Assembly: GCA_046318155.1 (NCBI GenBank)
Contig: JBKCUU010000105.1
Span: 1-33,808 of the forward strand
DNA length: 33,808 bases
Direction: 5' to 3'
Source: Bdellovibrio sp.
GTDB taxonomy: Bacteria > Bdellovibrionota > Bdellovibrionia > Bdellovibrionales > Bdellovibrionaceae
The position numbers and the translations under genes were made by a program. Positions 16,837 through 26,726 of the stretch are shown one piece after another (position 1 is the stretch's first letter; the number at the start of each line of letters is the position of its first letter). Under the pieces are notes generated by a model, which saw only the letters and a list, made by a program, of their open reading frames with translations, was not told the DNA's origin and searched no databases.

Positions 16837-17709
16837 ATGAAAAACGTTGTTGGTTTAACGGTGTCGTGTTTCGTCGCTTTGTCTGTTGTGGTCGCATGTG
16901 GCCAAAAAGATGACAGTCAAAAGCGGCCGGTCATTCCTGTACGGGGAGCTTCCCCAAACAAACCACTGGGCAATCAGCCTACTGGAAACACGCCTCGCAG
17001 TACGCCAGCACCGGCAAATCCTGCGCGCTCCATTGATCCTGCGAAGCCCGCGCCCGCTGCTGAGGAGCCTTATTCGATTGATGAATCACGCCTGAGCGAA
17101 CAGCCCATGTCGGCCTCGGCCGAGTGCGCGCTTCCTCGCGAGCTCGAAATGTCTCGAAATGAGTCAGCGGACTTGAGCAACTTAGTGGATAATCAAGCCG
17201 GAACTTGGGAGCTCGAAAAGACCGAGGTCTGGTCTGAAGTTGAGAACACAGATACAAAAGCGAAAGCGCAGCTCCTTGCGACAGGCGACGAAACGCCTTT
17301 GAGCGCGCAGCCCAACCGATCGGTCGAAGAGCGTGTCCGCGTGACTTGCCATACAGCTAAAGCTCTCGTTTCAACAGGTATTGAGGGCATGCCCTTTTTG
17401 CGCGTTCAAATCGACTTCCCCAAAAACATTGACCGCAAGTCCGGCGACATCGCTTTGTTTCGCCAAGATCTCTTTATCGCCAGCAAAGAAAAAGCAAAAG
17501 CCGGCATGACTGTTTATCCGCGAGCGGTTAATGCGAAGCAGTCCACACAGATTTCTCAGTTCTCAGGCGTTCTTAATCAGTCCGTTGCGGTCAGTGAAGA
17601 TAAAAAGTCTGCCACGATCATGATCAAGACTGTTGAACTCTTGGGCCGCGGTGCCAATCACAAGTGGACAACGGTTCGCAAGGCAACTTACAAATCCATG
17701 GGTCAATAA
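16837..17709 (+). CDS. Hypothetical lipoprotein with Pro-rich linker
   Basis: GAGAGG RBS; signal MKNVVGLTVSCFVALSVVVA-C; Pro/Asn-rich tether, then a beta-rich domain (AGTWEL) with two Cys. Confidence 0.75.
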   Translation: MKNVVGLTVSCFVALSVVVACGQKDDSQKRPVIPVRGASPNKPLGNQPTGNTPRSTPAPANPARSIDPAKPAPAAEEPYSIDESRLSEQPMSASAECALPRELEMSRNESADLSNLVDNQAGTWELEKTEVWSEVENTDTKAKAQLLATGDETPLSAQPNRSVEERVRVTCHTAKALVSTGIEGMPFLRVQIDFPKNIDRKSGDIALFRQDLFIASKEKAKAGMTVYPRAVNAKQSTQISQFSGVLNQSVAVSEDKKSATIMIKTVELLGRGANHKWTTVRKATYKSMGQ

Positions 17710-17785
17710 AAAATAGAGAGGGGGATTTTGAATCCTTCTTCCTCTGATTTTGAGATTTTACCGGCTTATTTATAGCCGAGAAGTC

Positions 17786-17821
17786 AAAAACCCCGGCTCT
17801 CAACCGGGGTTTTCTTTTTTT
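17786..17821. terminator. Bidirectional intrinsic terminator
   Basis: AAAAACCCCGG-ctctcaa-CCGGGGTTTTCTTTTTTT between the convergent lipoprotein and subtilase genes. Confidence 0.88.
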
Positions 17822-17850
17822 CACTCATTTTTCATTGTCGCAAGGTGCGC

Positions 17851-19488
17851 TTATCGAAAGGCGGCCTTTGTGACATCAAAACCATAGCCCTCGACTGAAT
17901 CGTCCGAAGTAAAAACGATGCGAACGTAATCGCCAGAGATCGCCGGCGAGTAGGAGTCATTGTAGTTCCCAGACATTTCGGCCACCTTGTTTCCCGCACG
18001 GTCGTACAACGTGACTTTGTCATAGTTTTTTTCAGTCTCAAATCGCGAAAAGTAGAGCGCGACTTCTTTAGCGCCGGGAACATCAAGCTCAAAAATCTCT
18101 TTGGTTTTTTTTCCGTAAGGATGAGCCGAAGAAACCGAAACCGCCTTGCTTGCCCACTGTGCGGGATCATTCATATCCGGAGGGGTCACCACGTTGGCCA
18201 AAGCATTGTACGCGCTACTGAGGCCGCCGGTTTTTGTTTTGCCGACCAAGGCGGGGATTCGGCGCGCAGTCGACATGATTCGTTCCTTCATCTCAACGCC
18301 TGTAAGGCTGGGCTCGCTTGCAGCGAGCAGGCCTGCGATACCCGAAACATGAGGCGTTGCCATTGAAGTTCCCGACCAAGAATCATAGCCGCCGCCAACC
18401 ACAGCACTGTAGACGTTGACGCCTGGAGCGCCGACGTGAACTGTTTTCTTGCCGTAGTTCGAAAATGAGGCCAGGTTTCCGCGATTATCGATGGCAGCGA
18501 CCGTCAAGATATTCGGAACTTCGTAGTTGGCGGGGTATGTCGGTGACGAGTCATTATTGCTCCCATCATTGCCTGCCGCCGCGACAAACAGTGTACCGGC
18601 GGCGTTCGAGCGCTCGATGGCTTCTTTCAAAGTTTGCGAAAATCCGCCGCCGCCCCAAGAGTTGCTTAAGATTTTTGCGCCCATTTTCGTTGCGTAATCA
18701 ATCGCAAGAATCGCGCCCTCAAGAGATCCGCCGCCATCAGCACCTAGAAACTTGATCGGCATAATACGAACATTCCAGTTCAGTCCGACAATGCCACGGC
18801 CATCATCACCGCGTGCGCCTATGACACCAGAGCAATGCGAACCATGACCATGATCATCGAGGCCGTTGGCCACTGGTTTTGAAGCTTCAGTAAAGTTCAT
18901 TCCATGCACATCATCAACGTAACCATTGTTATCGTCGTCAACGCCGGCCAAGCCGTTCAATTCAACTTCGTTTACCCACACATTATCTTTTAAGTCCGGA
19001 TGGTTGTAATCAACGCCGGTATCAATGACCGCGATGACCACGCTCGATGAGCCCGTCGAGATGTCCCAAGCTTTTTCAGCGTCAACATCAAGGCCCTTCA
19101 ATCCAGAGTGGTTTTCGGAGTCCGCTTGACCGACATTCCGAAGACCCCACAAGTTTCCAAGCAGGGGGTCGTTCGGAGTGCGGTTGATTCGATAAATATA
19201 GTTGGGCTCAGCTATTTCAACCAGAGGGTTGAGGCTGAGAGTATTGACTGAGTACGCGCTGTTTTCGATAACGGGTCGCTTAACAACGACAATGTTTTGC
19301 CCAGGAATCGAACTTTTCACAAGGGCGCCTAGTTTTTGGCTGAGCGATTGAGCTGAAAACTTCTGAACAGAAACGTCCCCACGAAGCTTAACGACAAACT
19401 CTCCTGGGACCGCTTCTGGCTGAGCCGCAAGAGCTGAAAAACTAATCAAGCTCAAAAAAACAAATAGACTTCTTCCGTGAATCCCCAT
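17851..19488 (-). CDS. Secreted S8 subtilisin-like serine protease with propeptide and C-terminal CUB-like domain
   Basis: Signal peptide; VPGEFVVK propeptide; triad VIDTG / HGHGSHCSG / SGTSMATPH; oxyanion AAGN; C-terminal HPY...F.RFETEKNYDKV.LYD...F.SD.SV...GF; AAGGAG RBS. Confidence 0.95.
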   Translation of the reverse strand: MGIHGRSLFVFLSLISFSALAAQPEAVPGEFVVKLRGDVSVQKFSAQSLSQKLGALVKSSIPGQNIVVVKRPVIENSAYSVNTLSLNPLVEIAEPNYIYRINRTPNDPLLGNLWGLRNVGQADSENHSGLKGLDVDAEKAWDISTGSSSVVIAVIDTGVDYNHPDLKDNVWVNEVELNGLAGVDDDNNGYVDDVHGMNFTEASKPVANGLDDHGHGSHCSGVIGARGDDGRGIVGLNWNVRIMPIKFLGADGGGSLEGAILAIDYATKMGAKILSNSWGGGGFSQTLKEAIERSNAAGTLFVAAAGNDGSNNDSSPTYPANYEVPNILTVAAIDNRGNLASFSNYGKKTVHVGAPGVNVYSAVVGGGYDSWSGTSMATPHVSGIAGLLAASEPSLTGVEMKERIMSTARRIPALVGKTKTGGLSSAYNALANVVTPPDMNDPAQWASKAVSVSSAHPYGKKTKEIFELDVPGAKEVALYFSRFETEKNYDKVTLYDRAGNKVAEMSGNYNDSYSPAISGDYVRIVFTSDDSVEGYGFDVTKAAFR

Positions 19489-19734
19489 CGATCATCTCCT
19501 TATTGAAAATCGAGAAACCTTAAGCACGAAAATCGTATCAATCGTGTGTTCGTCGTCCAGGACCAAATCAAGAGGGTGGTTTTATTTTGGAACCAGGCGG
19601 GTGTGCGTCATAACTCCTCGAGACGAAACACCGCTATCCAAACAAACGCTTATAACTTCAATTAACCACGCTTCTTAGGTGCTGTTGTGTGTGCGGGGTT
19701 TTTGACTCTGTCGAAATCAAGAAGGGTCAGAATG

Positions 19735-19758
19735 ATGTGGCGCAGAGGTGCGCCACAT
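19735..19758 (-). terminator. Hairpin downstream of sdhB (terminator or stabilising stem)
   Basis: ATGTGGCGCA-gagg-TGCGCCACAT perfect 10-bp stem; weak U-tract. Confidence 0.5.
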
Positions 19759-19790
19759 TCGAGGGATTTATACAAATTTATTAGATTCTC

Positions 19791-20585
19791 TTAGATTCCG
19801 TCGCCTTCGGCGGCCTTTTTCTTGGTCAAAGCACTCATCAGAAGTTCGCGGTTCATGCTGGCGATGTTGCTGAGACTGATGCCCTTAGGACAAGACGCCG
19901 AGCATGTGCCCGTTGTGGTGCAGGCACCAAATCCTTCGGCATCCATCTGTGCAGACATCTTGCTGACGCGCTCGGCGCGCTCGACCTGACCCTGGGGCAA
20001 GAGCGAGAGATGCGTCACCTTTGCCCCAACAAACAAAAGCGCCGAAGCGTTTTTGCAGGAGGCGACACAAGCTCCGCACCCGATGCATGTTGCAGATGAA
20101 AACGCTTCGTCCGCATTTGGTTTAGGAATCGGAAGTGAGTTGGCGTCTTGCGCATTGCCCGTATCAACCGAAATATACCCACCCGCTGTCATCACGCGAT
20201 CAAAAGCTTGGCGGTTCACCATTAAGTCTTTCACAATTGGAAACGCTTTCGCGCGCCAAGGCTCTAGAACCAAAGTTTCGCCATCTTTAAACTGACGCAT
20301 GTGCAACTGACAAACCGTCGTCTGCCTTTGGGGTCCGTGCGCATTGCCGTTAATCATGAATCCACAAGATCCACAAATACCTTCGCGGCAGTCGTGATCA
20401 AAAACGATGGGCTCTTGTCCGCTTTGAACAAGCTTTTCATTGACCTGATCGAGCATTTCTAAAAACGACGAGTCGGTCGAAACGCCAGGCGCATCATAAA
20501 GAACAAAGTCGCCCTGATCTTTTGCCGATTTTTGTCGCCATACTTTGAGCTTCAAATTAATCAATTGAGAATTTCCACCAGCCAT
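19791..20585 (-). CDS. sdhB: Succinate dehydrogenase/fumarate reductase iron-sulfur subunit
   Basis: DHDCREGICGSC..C (2Fe-2S), CIGCGACVASC, CTTTGTCSASCP. Confidence 0.96.
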   Translation of the reverse strand: MAGGNSQLINLKLKVWRQKSAKDQGDFVLYDAPGVSTDSSFLEMLDQVNEKLVQSGQEPIVFDHDCREGICGSCGFMINGNAHGPQRQTTVCQLHMRQFKDGETLVLEPWRAKAFPIVKDLMVNRQAFDRVMTAGGYISVDTGNAQDANSLPIPKPNADEAFSSATCIGCGACVASCKNASALLFVGAKVTHLSLLPQGQVERAERVSKMSAQMDAEGFGACTTTGTCSASCPKGISLSNIASMNRELLMSALTKKKAAEGDGI

Positions 20586-20596
20586 TTGCCTGCCTC

Positions 20597-22516
20597 TTAT
20601 TTGTAAGATCGAGTTGCAAGTTTAACGTTCTCAAACTTGAGTTCTTCAATGTGGCGCGTCGGTTTTTTACCATTGCTTCCGCCCCATTCCCAGGCGGCTA
20701 CATGACAAAAGTTTTCATCATCGCGTACAGCTTCGCCATCGGGAGTTTGATACTCATCTCGGAAGTGACCTCCACAAGACTCTTTACGCTCAAGTGCATC
20801 GAGGCACATCAGCTCGCCTTGCTCCAAGAAGTCCGCGACACGGTTGGCTTTTTCGAGCTCCGTGTTGACGTCAAGGGCGTCGCCTGGAATTCGCACGTTC
20901 TGCCAAAACTCGTCTCGAATTTTTGGAATTTCACTAAGTGCATGAAGAAGCCCTTTTTCATTTCGCGCCATTCCGCAATTTTCCCACATGATGTGGCCCA
21001 GCTGTTTATGGAACGAATCTACGGTCCGGCCGCCTTTAATGCCCATCAATTGTGTGATTTGTGTACGCACATTATTCTCGGCCTCCTTAAAGGCGTCGTG
21101 CGTGGTGGTCACTTTCTCGATCTTGCTCGAGGCGATGTAATTTGAAACGGTAAAAGGAACAACAAAGTAGCCGTCACCAAGACCCTGCATGAGTGCCGAA
21201 GCTCCCAGACGATTGGCGCCGTGATCCGAAAAATTAGCTTCGCCCGCCACAAAGAGGCCGGGGATATTGCTCATCAAATTGTAATCAACCCACAAGCCGC
21301 CCATGGTGTAGTGTGGAGCTGGGTACATTCGCATTGGCGTTTCATAGGGATTCTCGCCGGTAATTTTTGCGTACATTTCAAAAAGATTGCCGTACTTTTC
21401 CTCAATCGCCTTTTTTCCCAAACGCTCGATGGCATCTTTGAAATCTAAATAAACGGCCACACCCGTGGGGCCAACGCCGTGACCTGCATCCACTAAATAC
21501 TTCGCTTGGCGAGAAGCCACATCTCGGGGTGCTAAATTGCCGAAGCTTGGGTAAATTCGCTCAAGGTAATAATCACGCTCGCCTTCAGGGATCTGATTTG
21601 CGGCCCGCTTGTCGCCTTTGGTTTTGGGCACCCAAACGCGGCCATCATTTCGAAGTGATTCTGACATCAAGGTGAGTTTTGATTGCAGCTCTCCAGAAAC
21701 AGGAATGCAGGTAGGGTGAATTTGCGTAAAGCAGGGGTTGGCAAAATAAGCGCCGCGTTTGTAAGCGCGCCATGCAGCCGTGACCGCGCAAGCCATCGCG
21801 TTGGTCGACAAAAAGAACACATTGGAGTAACCGCCGGTGGCCAAAACAACGGCGTCGGCCTCATACGACTCGAGGGCGCCGGTTGCTAAGTTGCGCACGA
21901 CGATTCCGCGCGCTTGACCATTGACAACAACTAGGTCCAACATCTCGCGGCGATTAAAAATCTTAACTTGGCCTTTGTCGACCTGTCTCATCATGGCCGA
22001 GTACGCGCCGAGCAGGAGCTGCTGACCGGTCTGACCGCGAGCATAGAAGGTCCGCGAAACTTGCGCACCACCAAACGATCGGTTTGAGAGCAATCCACCG
22101 TACTCTCGAGCAAGCGGAACACCTTGAGCGACGCACTGATCAATAATTTGAGTCGAGATTTGCGCCAGCCGGTGAACATTGGCTTCTCGGGAGCGGAAGT
22201 CGCCGCCTTTGATTGTGTCAAAAAAAAGTCGTTCAGTGCTGTCGCCATCATTCTTATAGTTTTTGGCCGCGTTGATTCCGCCTTGAGCCGCGACAGAATG
22301 GGCGCGGCGGGGACTTTCGTGGACACAAAAAGCCTGAACGTTGTACCCAAGCTCACCTAGAGAGGCGGCGGCGCTGGCGCCCGCAAGGCCTGTTCCAACA
22401 ACGATAATTTTATGTTTTCGCTTGTTGGCTGGGTTGACGAGCTTCATATGAAACTTATGGTCATCCCATTTTTCACCGATCGAGCCACCCGGAACTTTTC
22501 CATCCAAAATTGCCAT
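20597..22516 (-). CDS. sdhA: Succinate dehydrogenase/fumarate reductase flavoprotein subunit
   Basis: [22 protein letters not shown] (covalent FAD His), [25 protein letters not shown]; start at ATG 22516 (or 22522). Confidence 0.97.
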   Translation of the reverse strand: MAILDGKVPGGSIGEKWDDHKFHMKLVNPANKRKHKIIVVGTGLAGASAAASLGELGYNVQAFCVHESPRRAHSVAAQGGINAAKNYKNDGDSTERLFFDTIKGGDFRSREANVHRLAQISTQIIDQCVAQGVPLAREYGGLLSNRSFGGAQVSRTFYARGQTGQQLLLGAYSAMMRQVDKGQVKIFNRREMLDLVVVNGQARGIVVRNLATGALESYEADAVVLATGGYSNVFFLSTNAMACAVTAAWRAYKRGAYFANPCFTQIHPTCIPVSGELQSKLTLMSESLRNDGRVWVPKTKGDKRAANQIPEGERDYYLERIYPSFGNLAPRDVASRQAKYLVDAGHGVGPTGVAVYLDFKDAIERLGKKAIEEKYGNLFEMYAKITGENPYETPMRMYPAPHYTMGGLWVDYNLMSNIPGLFVAGEANFSDHGANRLGASALMQGLGDGYFVVPFTVSNYIASSKIEKVTTTHDAFKEAENNVRTQITQLMGIKGGRTVDSFHKQLGHIMWENCGMARNEKGLLHALSEIPKIRDEFWQNVRIPGDALDVNTELEKANRVADFLEQGELMCLDALERKESCGGHFRDEYQTPDGEAVRDDENFCHVAAWEWGGSNGKKPTRHIEELKFENVKLATRSYK

Positions 22517-22518
22517 AA

Positions 22519-23199
22519 TCATGAACCTCGTAAAAAGCAGTAGATAGGTTGGGCCAAAAAGCCCACTGCGACCACTAGGCCGTAAATGAGTCCCAATTTT
22601 TGAATCAGCTTTTCATTATTGCTGTTTTTTAAGCCAAAGCTTTGAAACAAGGAGCCCACGCCATGGCTCAAATGAAAACCCAGGCACACCAGCGCAACAA
22701 GGTACCAAATGACGTAGCCGGGCTGTTGAAAAACTTCGATCAGCAATCGGTGCAAATCTCGCATAACGACGCCATCGACCGTTGTTTCGTAATAAGTGCC
22801 GTACTTGAAGGTCGCGATATGCAAGATCACAAAGGCCAGAACAACGGAACCCTGAACCGCCATGGTTTTTGACGCCAGCGACGCGCCCTTGCTTCCATTT
22901 GGCGTCATCGCATAGCGCTGATTTCCACGCGCGGCGCGGTTCTCGATCGTCAGTGAGATCGCGCAGATCACGTGAACAAGAAGTGACAGCACAAGGACCG
23001 TCTCAACAAAATAAATCAAGGCCCCGCTGGTCAGTGCGTGACCGTACTTATTGTAGGCATCGGCGCTGTAAAACATCAGCATGTTTCCGAGCATGTGGCC
23101 CATGACAAAGCCGGACCAAACCAGGCCTGTCAGGCCCATCAAATATTTTTTTCCGATTGTAGTTAGAAAGAACGGCTTTTCAATCAATGCTGTCGCCAT
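22519..23199 (-). CDS. sdhC: Succinate dehydrogenase cytochrome b subunit (single 5-TM anchor, b558 family)
   Basis: [40 protein letters not shown] heme-ligand His pattern; first gene of sdhCAB. Confidence 0.93.
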   Translation of the reverse strand: MATALIEKPFFLTTIGKKYLMGLTGLVWSGFVMGHMLGNMLMFYSADAYNKYGHALTSGALIYFVETVLVLSLLVHVICAISLTIENRAARGNQRYAMTPNGSKGASLASKTMAVQGSVVLAFVILHIATFKYGTYYETTVDGVVMRDLHRLLIEVFQQPGYVIWYLVALVCLGFHLSHGVGSLFQSFGLKNSNNEKLIQKLGLIYGLVVAVGFLAQPIYCFLRGS

Positions 23200-23322
23200 A
23201 AAGACCCCGAGATTTTTCAATGTATTTTCATTTACGAAATTACTCCTCAGTAAAGGCTCTGTCCAGCAGACCGTCGTCAGCAGGACCTAGCGGCGCAAAG
23301 TGTTAATCTGCAAAAGGACACT

Positions 23323-23361
23323 CTTGATTTACTTCTTGATTCACTACTTGATTCACTACTT
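23323..23361. repeat. 12-bp direct repeat CTTGATTYACTW x3.25 in the sdhC/etfB divergent promoter region
   Basis: cttgatttactt cttgattcacta cttgattcacta ctt. Confidence 0.85.
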
Positions 23362-23401
23362 AAGTTGGCCGATATTGCCCATGCCTTAAGGGAGTTTGAA
23401 A

Positions 23402-24175
23402 ATGAAAATCGTGGTTTGTTTGAAGCAGGTTCCAGATACAGAAACAAAGATCAAGCTCGCGGCGGATGGTCAGTCGGTTGAGACCAGCGGGATCAAGTGG
23501 GTCGTCAATCCGTATGACGAGTACGCGATCGAAGAGGCTGTAAAAACACGCGATGCCCATCCAGGATCGCAAGTCCTGGCCATTTGTGTGGGACCAAAGA
23601 AGCGCACGGCAGATGCCGTTCGTACGGCTTTGGCCATGGGTGTGGATGAAGGACTCTTGGTTGACGCTCCCGAAAATCTTGATCCCTCCACCACAGCACA
23701 AGCCTTAGCAAAGGCGATTCAGGCTGAAGGCGGCGCCCAGCTGATTCTAACCGGCAAGCTTGCAATTGATGACAACGCCTGTTCAGTTCCGCAAATGGTT
23801 GCCGAATTTTTGGGCATTCCCCATGCGGCCGTTGTTTCGAAACTGACGGTGTCCGCCGAAAACGTCACGGCCGAACGTGATGTTGAGGGCGGTGCAAAAG
23901 AAATCGTGCAAATGGCTCAGCCAGCACTCATCGCAGCGAACAAGGGCTTGAATATGCCTCGTTACGCGAGCCTCCCTGGCATCATGAAGGCAAAAAAGAA
24001 GGTTCTCAAAGAGCTTGATCTGGCAGGCCTTGGTGTCGCGACCGTCAATCTTGTTAAAATTCTTTCTCTCGAACTTCCGACTGAGAAACCCCCTGTGAAA
24101 ATGTTGACCGGGGATTCGAGCGCTCAATCGGCGCAGTTGGTACAACTCTTGCGCGATGAAGCCAAGGTTCTTTAA
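23402..24175 (+). CDS. etfB: Electron transfer flavoprotein beta subunit
   Basis: MKIVVCLKQVPDT, NPYDEYAIEEA, ALAMGVD, GKLAID, PRYASLPGIMKAKKK; GGAG RBS before ATG 23402. Confidence 0.97.
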   Translation: MKIVVCLKQVPDTETKIKLAADGQSVETSGIKWVVNPYDEYAIEEAVKTRDAHPGSQVLAICVGPKKRTADAVRTALAMGVDEGLLVDAPENLDPSTTAQALAKAIQAEGGAQLILTGKLAIDDNACSVPQMVAEFLGIPHAAVVSKLTVSAENVTAERDVEGGAKEIVQMAQPALIAANKGLNMPRYASLPGIMKAKKKVLKELDLAGLGVATVNLVKILSLELPTEKPPVKMLTGDSSAQSAQLVQLLRDEAKVL

Positions 24176-24187
24176 GGAGCGATCGAC

Positions 24188-25153
24188 ATGGGGAAAATTC
24201 TTGTTTTTACTGAGGCTTCAAACGGCAAACTCAAACGCAGCTCCCTCGAGTTGTTAACCGCCGCAAAAAAATCGGGCCTGCCTTTTCTGGCCGCGATTGC
24301 CGGTTCGCAAGTCGGGGCGGTGACCGCAGCTTTGTCCGCAACGGGAGCGACTGAAGTGCACACGCTTGAGGACGCAAAGTTTGATCAATACAACCCAGAG
24401 CTCTTTACGTCCGCGCTCACAAATTTGATTGCTAAGTCGGGCGCCACGATGGTCTTGGCGTCGGCATCCTCGCTCGGAAAAGATCTTTTCCCGCGAGTGG
24501 CCGCCCGATTGAAGTCGGCGGTTCTCTCGGATTGCACCGAGCTTCACTTTGAGGGCGATAAAGCGGTCGTCAAGCGCCCGGTCTTTTCTGGCAAGGCGTT
24601 TCAAAAAGCGATGTTTGATCAAAGCCCCGTCCAATTTGTTTTGATGCGCGCCAATCAGCTTCCGGCGGACGACCTCACGGGCGGTTCTGCAACCGTCACA
24701 AAACACGCAGCACCAGCCGGCGATCTTAAAACTTTGATTAAAGATATCGTCAAAGGAACGTCCGAAAAGATGGATCTTACCGAAGCTAACGTCATTGTTT
24801 CGGGCGGGCGCGGCCTTAAAGAGGCCGGTAATTTTAAACTCCTGAATGATTTGGCCGACGTGCTCGGCGCAACCGTCGGCGCTTCGCGCGCGGTTGTTGA
24901 TGCTGGCTGGTTTTCTCATGGGATGCAGGTTGGTCAGACTGGCAAAACCGTTGCTCCCTCGCTCTACATTGCTGTCGGCATCTCGGGTGCCATCCAGCAC
25001 TTGGCTGGAATGAGCGGCTCCAAAGTGATCGTCGCGATCAACAGCGATCCTAGTGCGCCGATTTTTCAAAAAGCAACCTACGGTATCGCCGGAGATTTGT
25101 TCGAGGTTCTTCCTAAGCTAACCGAGGAATTTAAAAAAGCTCTACACAAATGA
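24188..25153 (+). CDS. etfA: Electron transfer flavoprotein alpha subunit
   Basis: [53 protein letters not shown]. Confidence 0.97.
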   Translation: MGKILVFTEASNGKLKRSSLELLTAAKKSGLPFLAAIAGSQVGAVTAALSATGATEVHTLEDAKFDQYNPELFTSALTNLIAKSGATMVLASASSLGKDLFPRVAARLKSAVLSDCTELHFEGDKAVVKRPVFSGKAFQKAMFDQSPVQFVLMRANQLPADDLTGGSATVTKHAAPAGDLKTLIKDIVKGTSEKMDLTEANVIVSGGRGLKEAGNFKLLNDLADVLGATVGASRAVVDAGWFSHGMQVGQTGKTVAPSLYIAVGISGAIQHLAGMSGSKVIVAINSDPSAPIFQKATYGIAGDLFEVLPKLTEEFKKALHK

Positions 25154-25806
25154 AGCAAAGATTTTTAGGGTTGTTGGTCTGGATTGTTTACCGATTGCTC
25201 TCGATGACCTGGCGGCTTGTTCTCGTTGAGCCGCCGTCGCTCAAAAAAAATTTTCAAGATCAGAGGACCGTTCTGCTTGCGCACTGGCACGGGGACGAGC
25301 TCGCGCTTTTACAAATCATTGGTCAATACCGAATTGCGACGATCGCCTCCACCTCAACGGACGGCGAAATCATGAACACGGCCCTTCGCCTCTTTGGTGC
25401 TCTCACTTCCCGTGGGTCCTCAACCCGCGGCGGAGCGAGCGCTTTGCGCGCGCTCATCCGCCTTTTGAAGACGAACCGACGCAATAGCAGTTTTGCCGTT
25501 GACGGCCCTAGGGGACCCATTCATCAAGTGAAGCCCGGTGTTTTTGAAGTCAGCCGGTTAATGCAGGTTCCGATCTATCCTGGTGGCGTGGCCTGTGATC
25601 GAATGTGGTCCTTTCCAAAATCTTGGAACAAGACCTACCTTCCGAAGCCCTTCGCCCGCGTCGTGATTTTCTGGGGCGATGAGCTCGCGCCCGTCAGTCC
25701 TGATGTAGATCCAAGATCGCCCAAGTTATCTGAAAGACTAGAAAATGCGCTGCATTATGCGGCCTCGTTGGCTCAAAAGCAATTGGCGGGTCAAAATGGG
25801 GAGTGA
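25150..25806 (+). CDS. DUF374 / lysophospholipid acyltransferase-family protein
   Basis: AHWHG, STSTDGE, RGSSTRGG, DGPRGP, SWNK..LPKPFAR. Confidence 0.88.
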   Translation: MKQRFLGLLVWIVYRLLSMTWRLVLVEPPSLKKNFQDQRTVLLAHWHGDELALLQIIGQYRIATIASTSTDGEIMNTALRLFGALTSRGSSTRGGASALRALIRLLKTNRRNSSFAVDGPRGPIHQVKPGVFEVSRLMQVPIYPGGVACDRMWSFPKSWNKTYLPKPFARVVIFWGDELAPVSPDVDPRSPKLSERLENALHYAASLAQKQLAGQNGE

Positions 25807-25877
25807 TACCCTTTACGGGTTAAGTCTGTCGGCAAAACCGACAATTATGAGCGTCTGTTTTCTCAAAGGATGAGGTC

Positions 25878-26708
25878 ATGGCAGCAAAATCAGTTTCGGT
25901 TCTTTTTTCAGCTCTGGTGATGTTCTCTGGATGCATTGCTTTTGCGCAGGCAAACAAAGATCAGGCCGTTGCGGTCGTTGGAACAAAAAAAATTACGGTT
26001 GAAGAGTTTAACCGCAAATTTAACGAAGTCCGAAACATGGCGGTGAATCCTCCGACAAAAAGCCAATTTCTTGAGGACCTTGTCCGATATGAGCTCGGTG
26101 TCCAAGAAGCTGAACGCCGCAATCTCGAAAAAGATCCCATCGTTCAAGACCGAATGAAACAAGAGCTTTACAAGGCCTTGCTCGAAAAAGAGCTCGCTGA
26201 CCGAGTCAACAAAATCACTGTCAACGACAAAGAGATGGAAGCTTACTACAAAAAAAACCCCGAAATTCGCACGTCGCATATTTTGATCGAGCTCAAGCCC
26301 GGCGCAACACCCGAACAAAAAGCCGAGGCCCGCAAGCGCGCGAGCGAGATCTACGAAGAAGTTAAAAAATCAAAGCGCCCCTTCGAAGAGCTGGTTCGTT
26401 TGTACTCGGACGATCCCCTCACAAAGCAAACGGGCGGCGACGTTGGTTACCAGAGCCGCGTGACTCTTGTGCCCTCCTATTACGATGCCATTTTAGCAAT
26501 GAAAGTCGGCGAGATTCGCGGTTTAATCGATACTCCTTTTGGTTTTCATATTTTGAAAGTCACGGGCCGACGCTCCTTCGATAACTCGAACAAACGTCAG
26601 CTCCGCGCGGCCGTCTTTGATGAAAAGCGCAAAGGGGTTTTTAACGAATACTTCGAGAAATTGAAAAAGAGCTACAAGATTCAAACGAATCCAGGCTTGA
26701 TTCAGTAG
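25878..26708 (+). CDS. Periplasmic parvulin (PpiC-type) peptidyl-prolyl isomerase
   Basis: Signal peptide; IRTSHILI, FEELVRLYSDD, GGDVGY, TPFGFHILK. Confidence 0.92.
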   Translation: MAAKSVSVLFSALVMFSGCIAFAQANKDQAVAVVGTKKITVEEFNRKFNEVRNMAVNPPTKSQFLEDLVRYELGVQEAERRNLEKDPIVQDRMKQELYKALLEKELADRVNKITVNDKEMEAYYKKNPEIRTSHILIELKPGATPEQKAEARKRASEIYEEVKKSKRPFEELVRLYSDDPLTKQTGGDVGYQSRVTLVPSYYDAILAMKVGEIRGLIDTPFGFHILKVTGRRSFDNSNKRQLRAAVFDEKRKGVFNEYFEKLKKSYKIQTNPGLIQ

Positions 26709-26726
26709 GCTTAGCAGAGGACACCT

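Noticed and set aside
19582..19611. 9-codon uORF (MTHTRLVPK, minus strand) upstream of the subtilase with GAGGAG
   Set aside because: SD-to-ATG spacing is only 2 nt and no attenuator structure is evident; likely chance.
23281..23322. c-di-GMP-I riboswitch-like GCGCAAAG/GCAAA words
   Set aside because: The required P1 GNRA hairpin and P2 receptor could not be built.
24254..25069. 271-aa minus-strand ORF
   Set aside because: Entirely antisense to the well-conserved etfA; no recognisable protein features.
25808..25843. Small hairpins / sigma-28-like TAAG...ACCGACAA before the PPIase cluster
   Set aside because: Stems are short with no U-tract, and the promoter spacing (12 nt) is too short for sigma-28.
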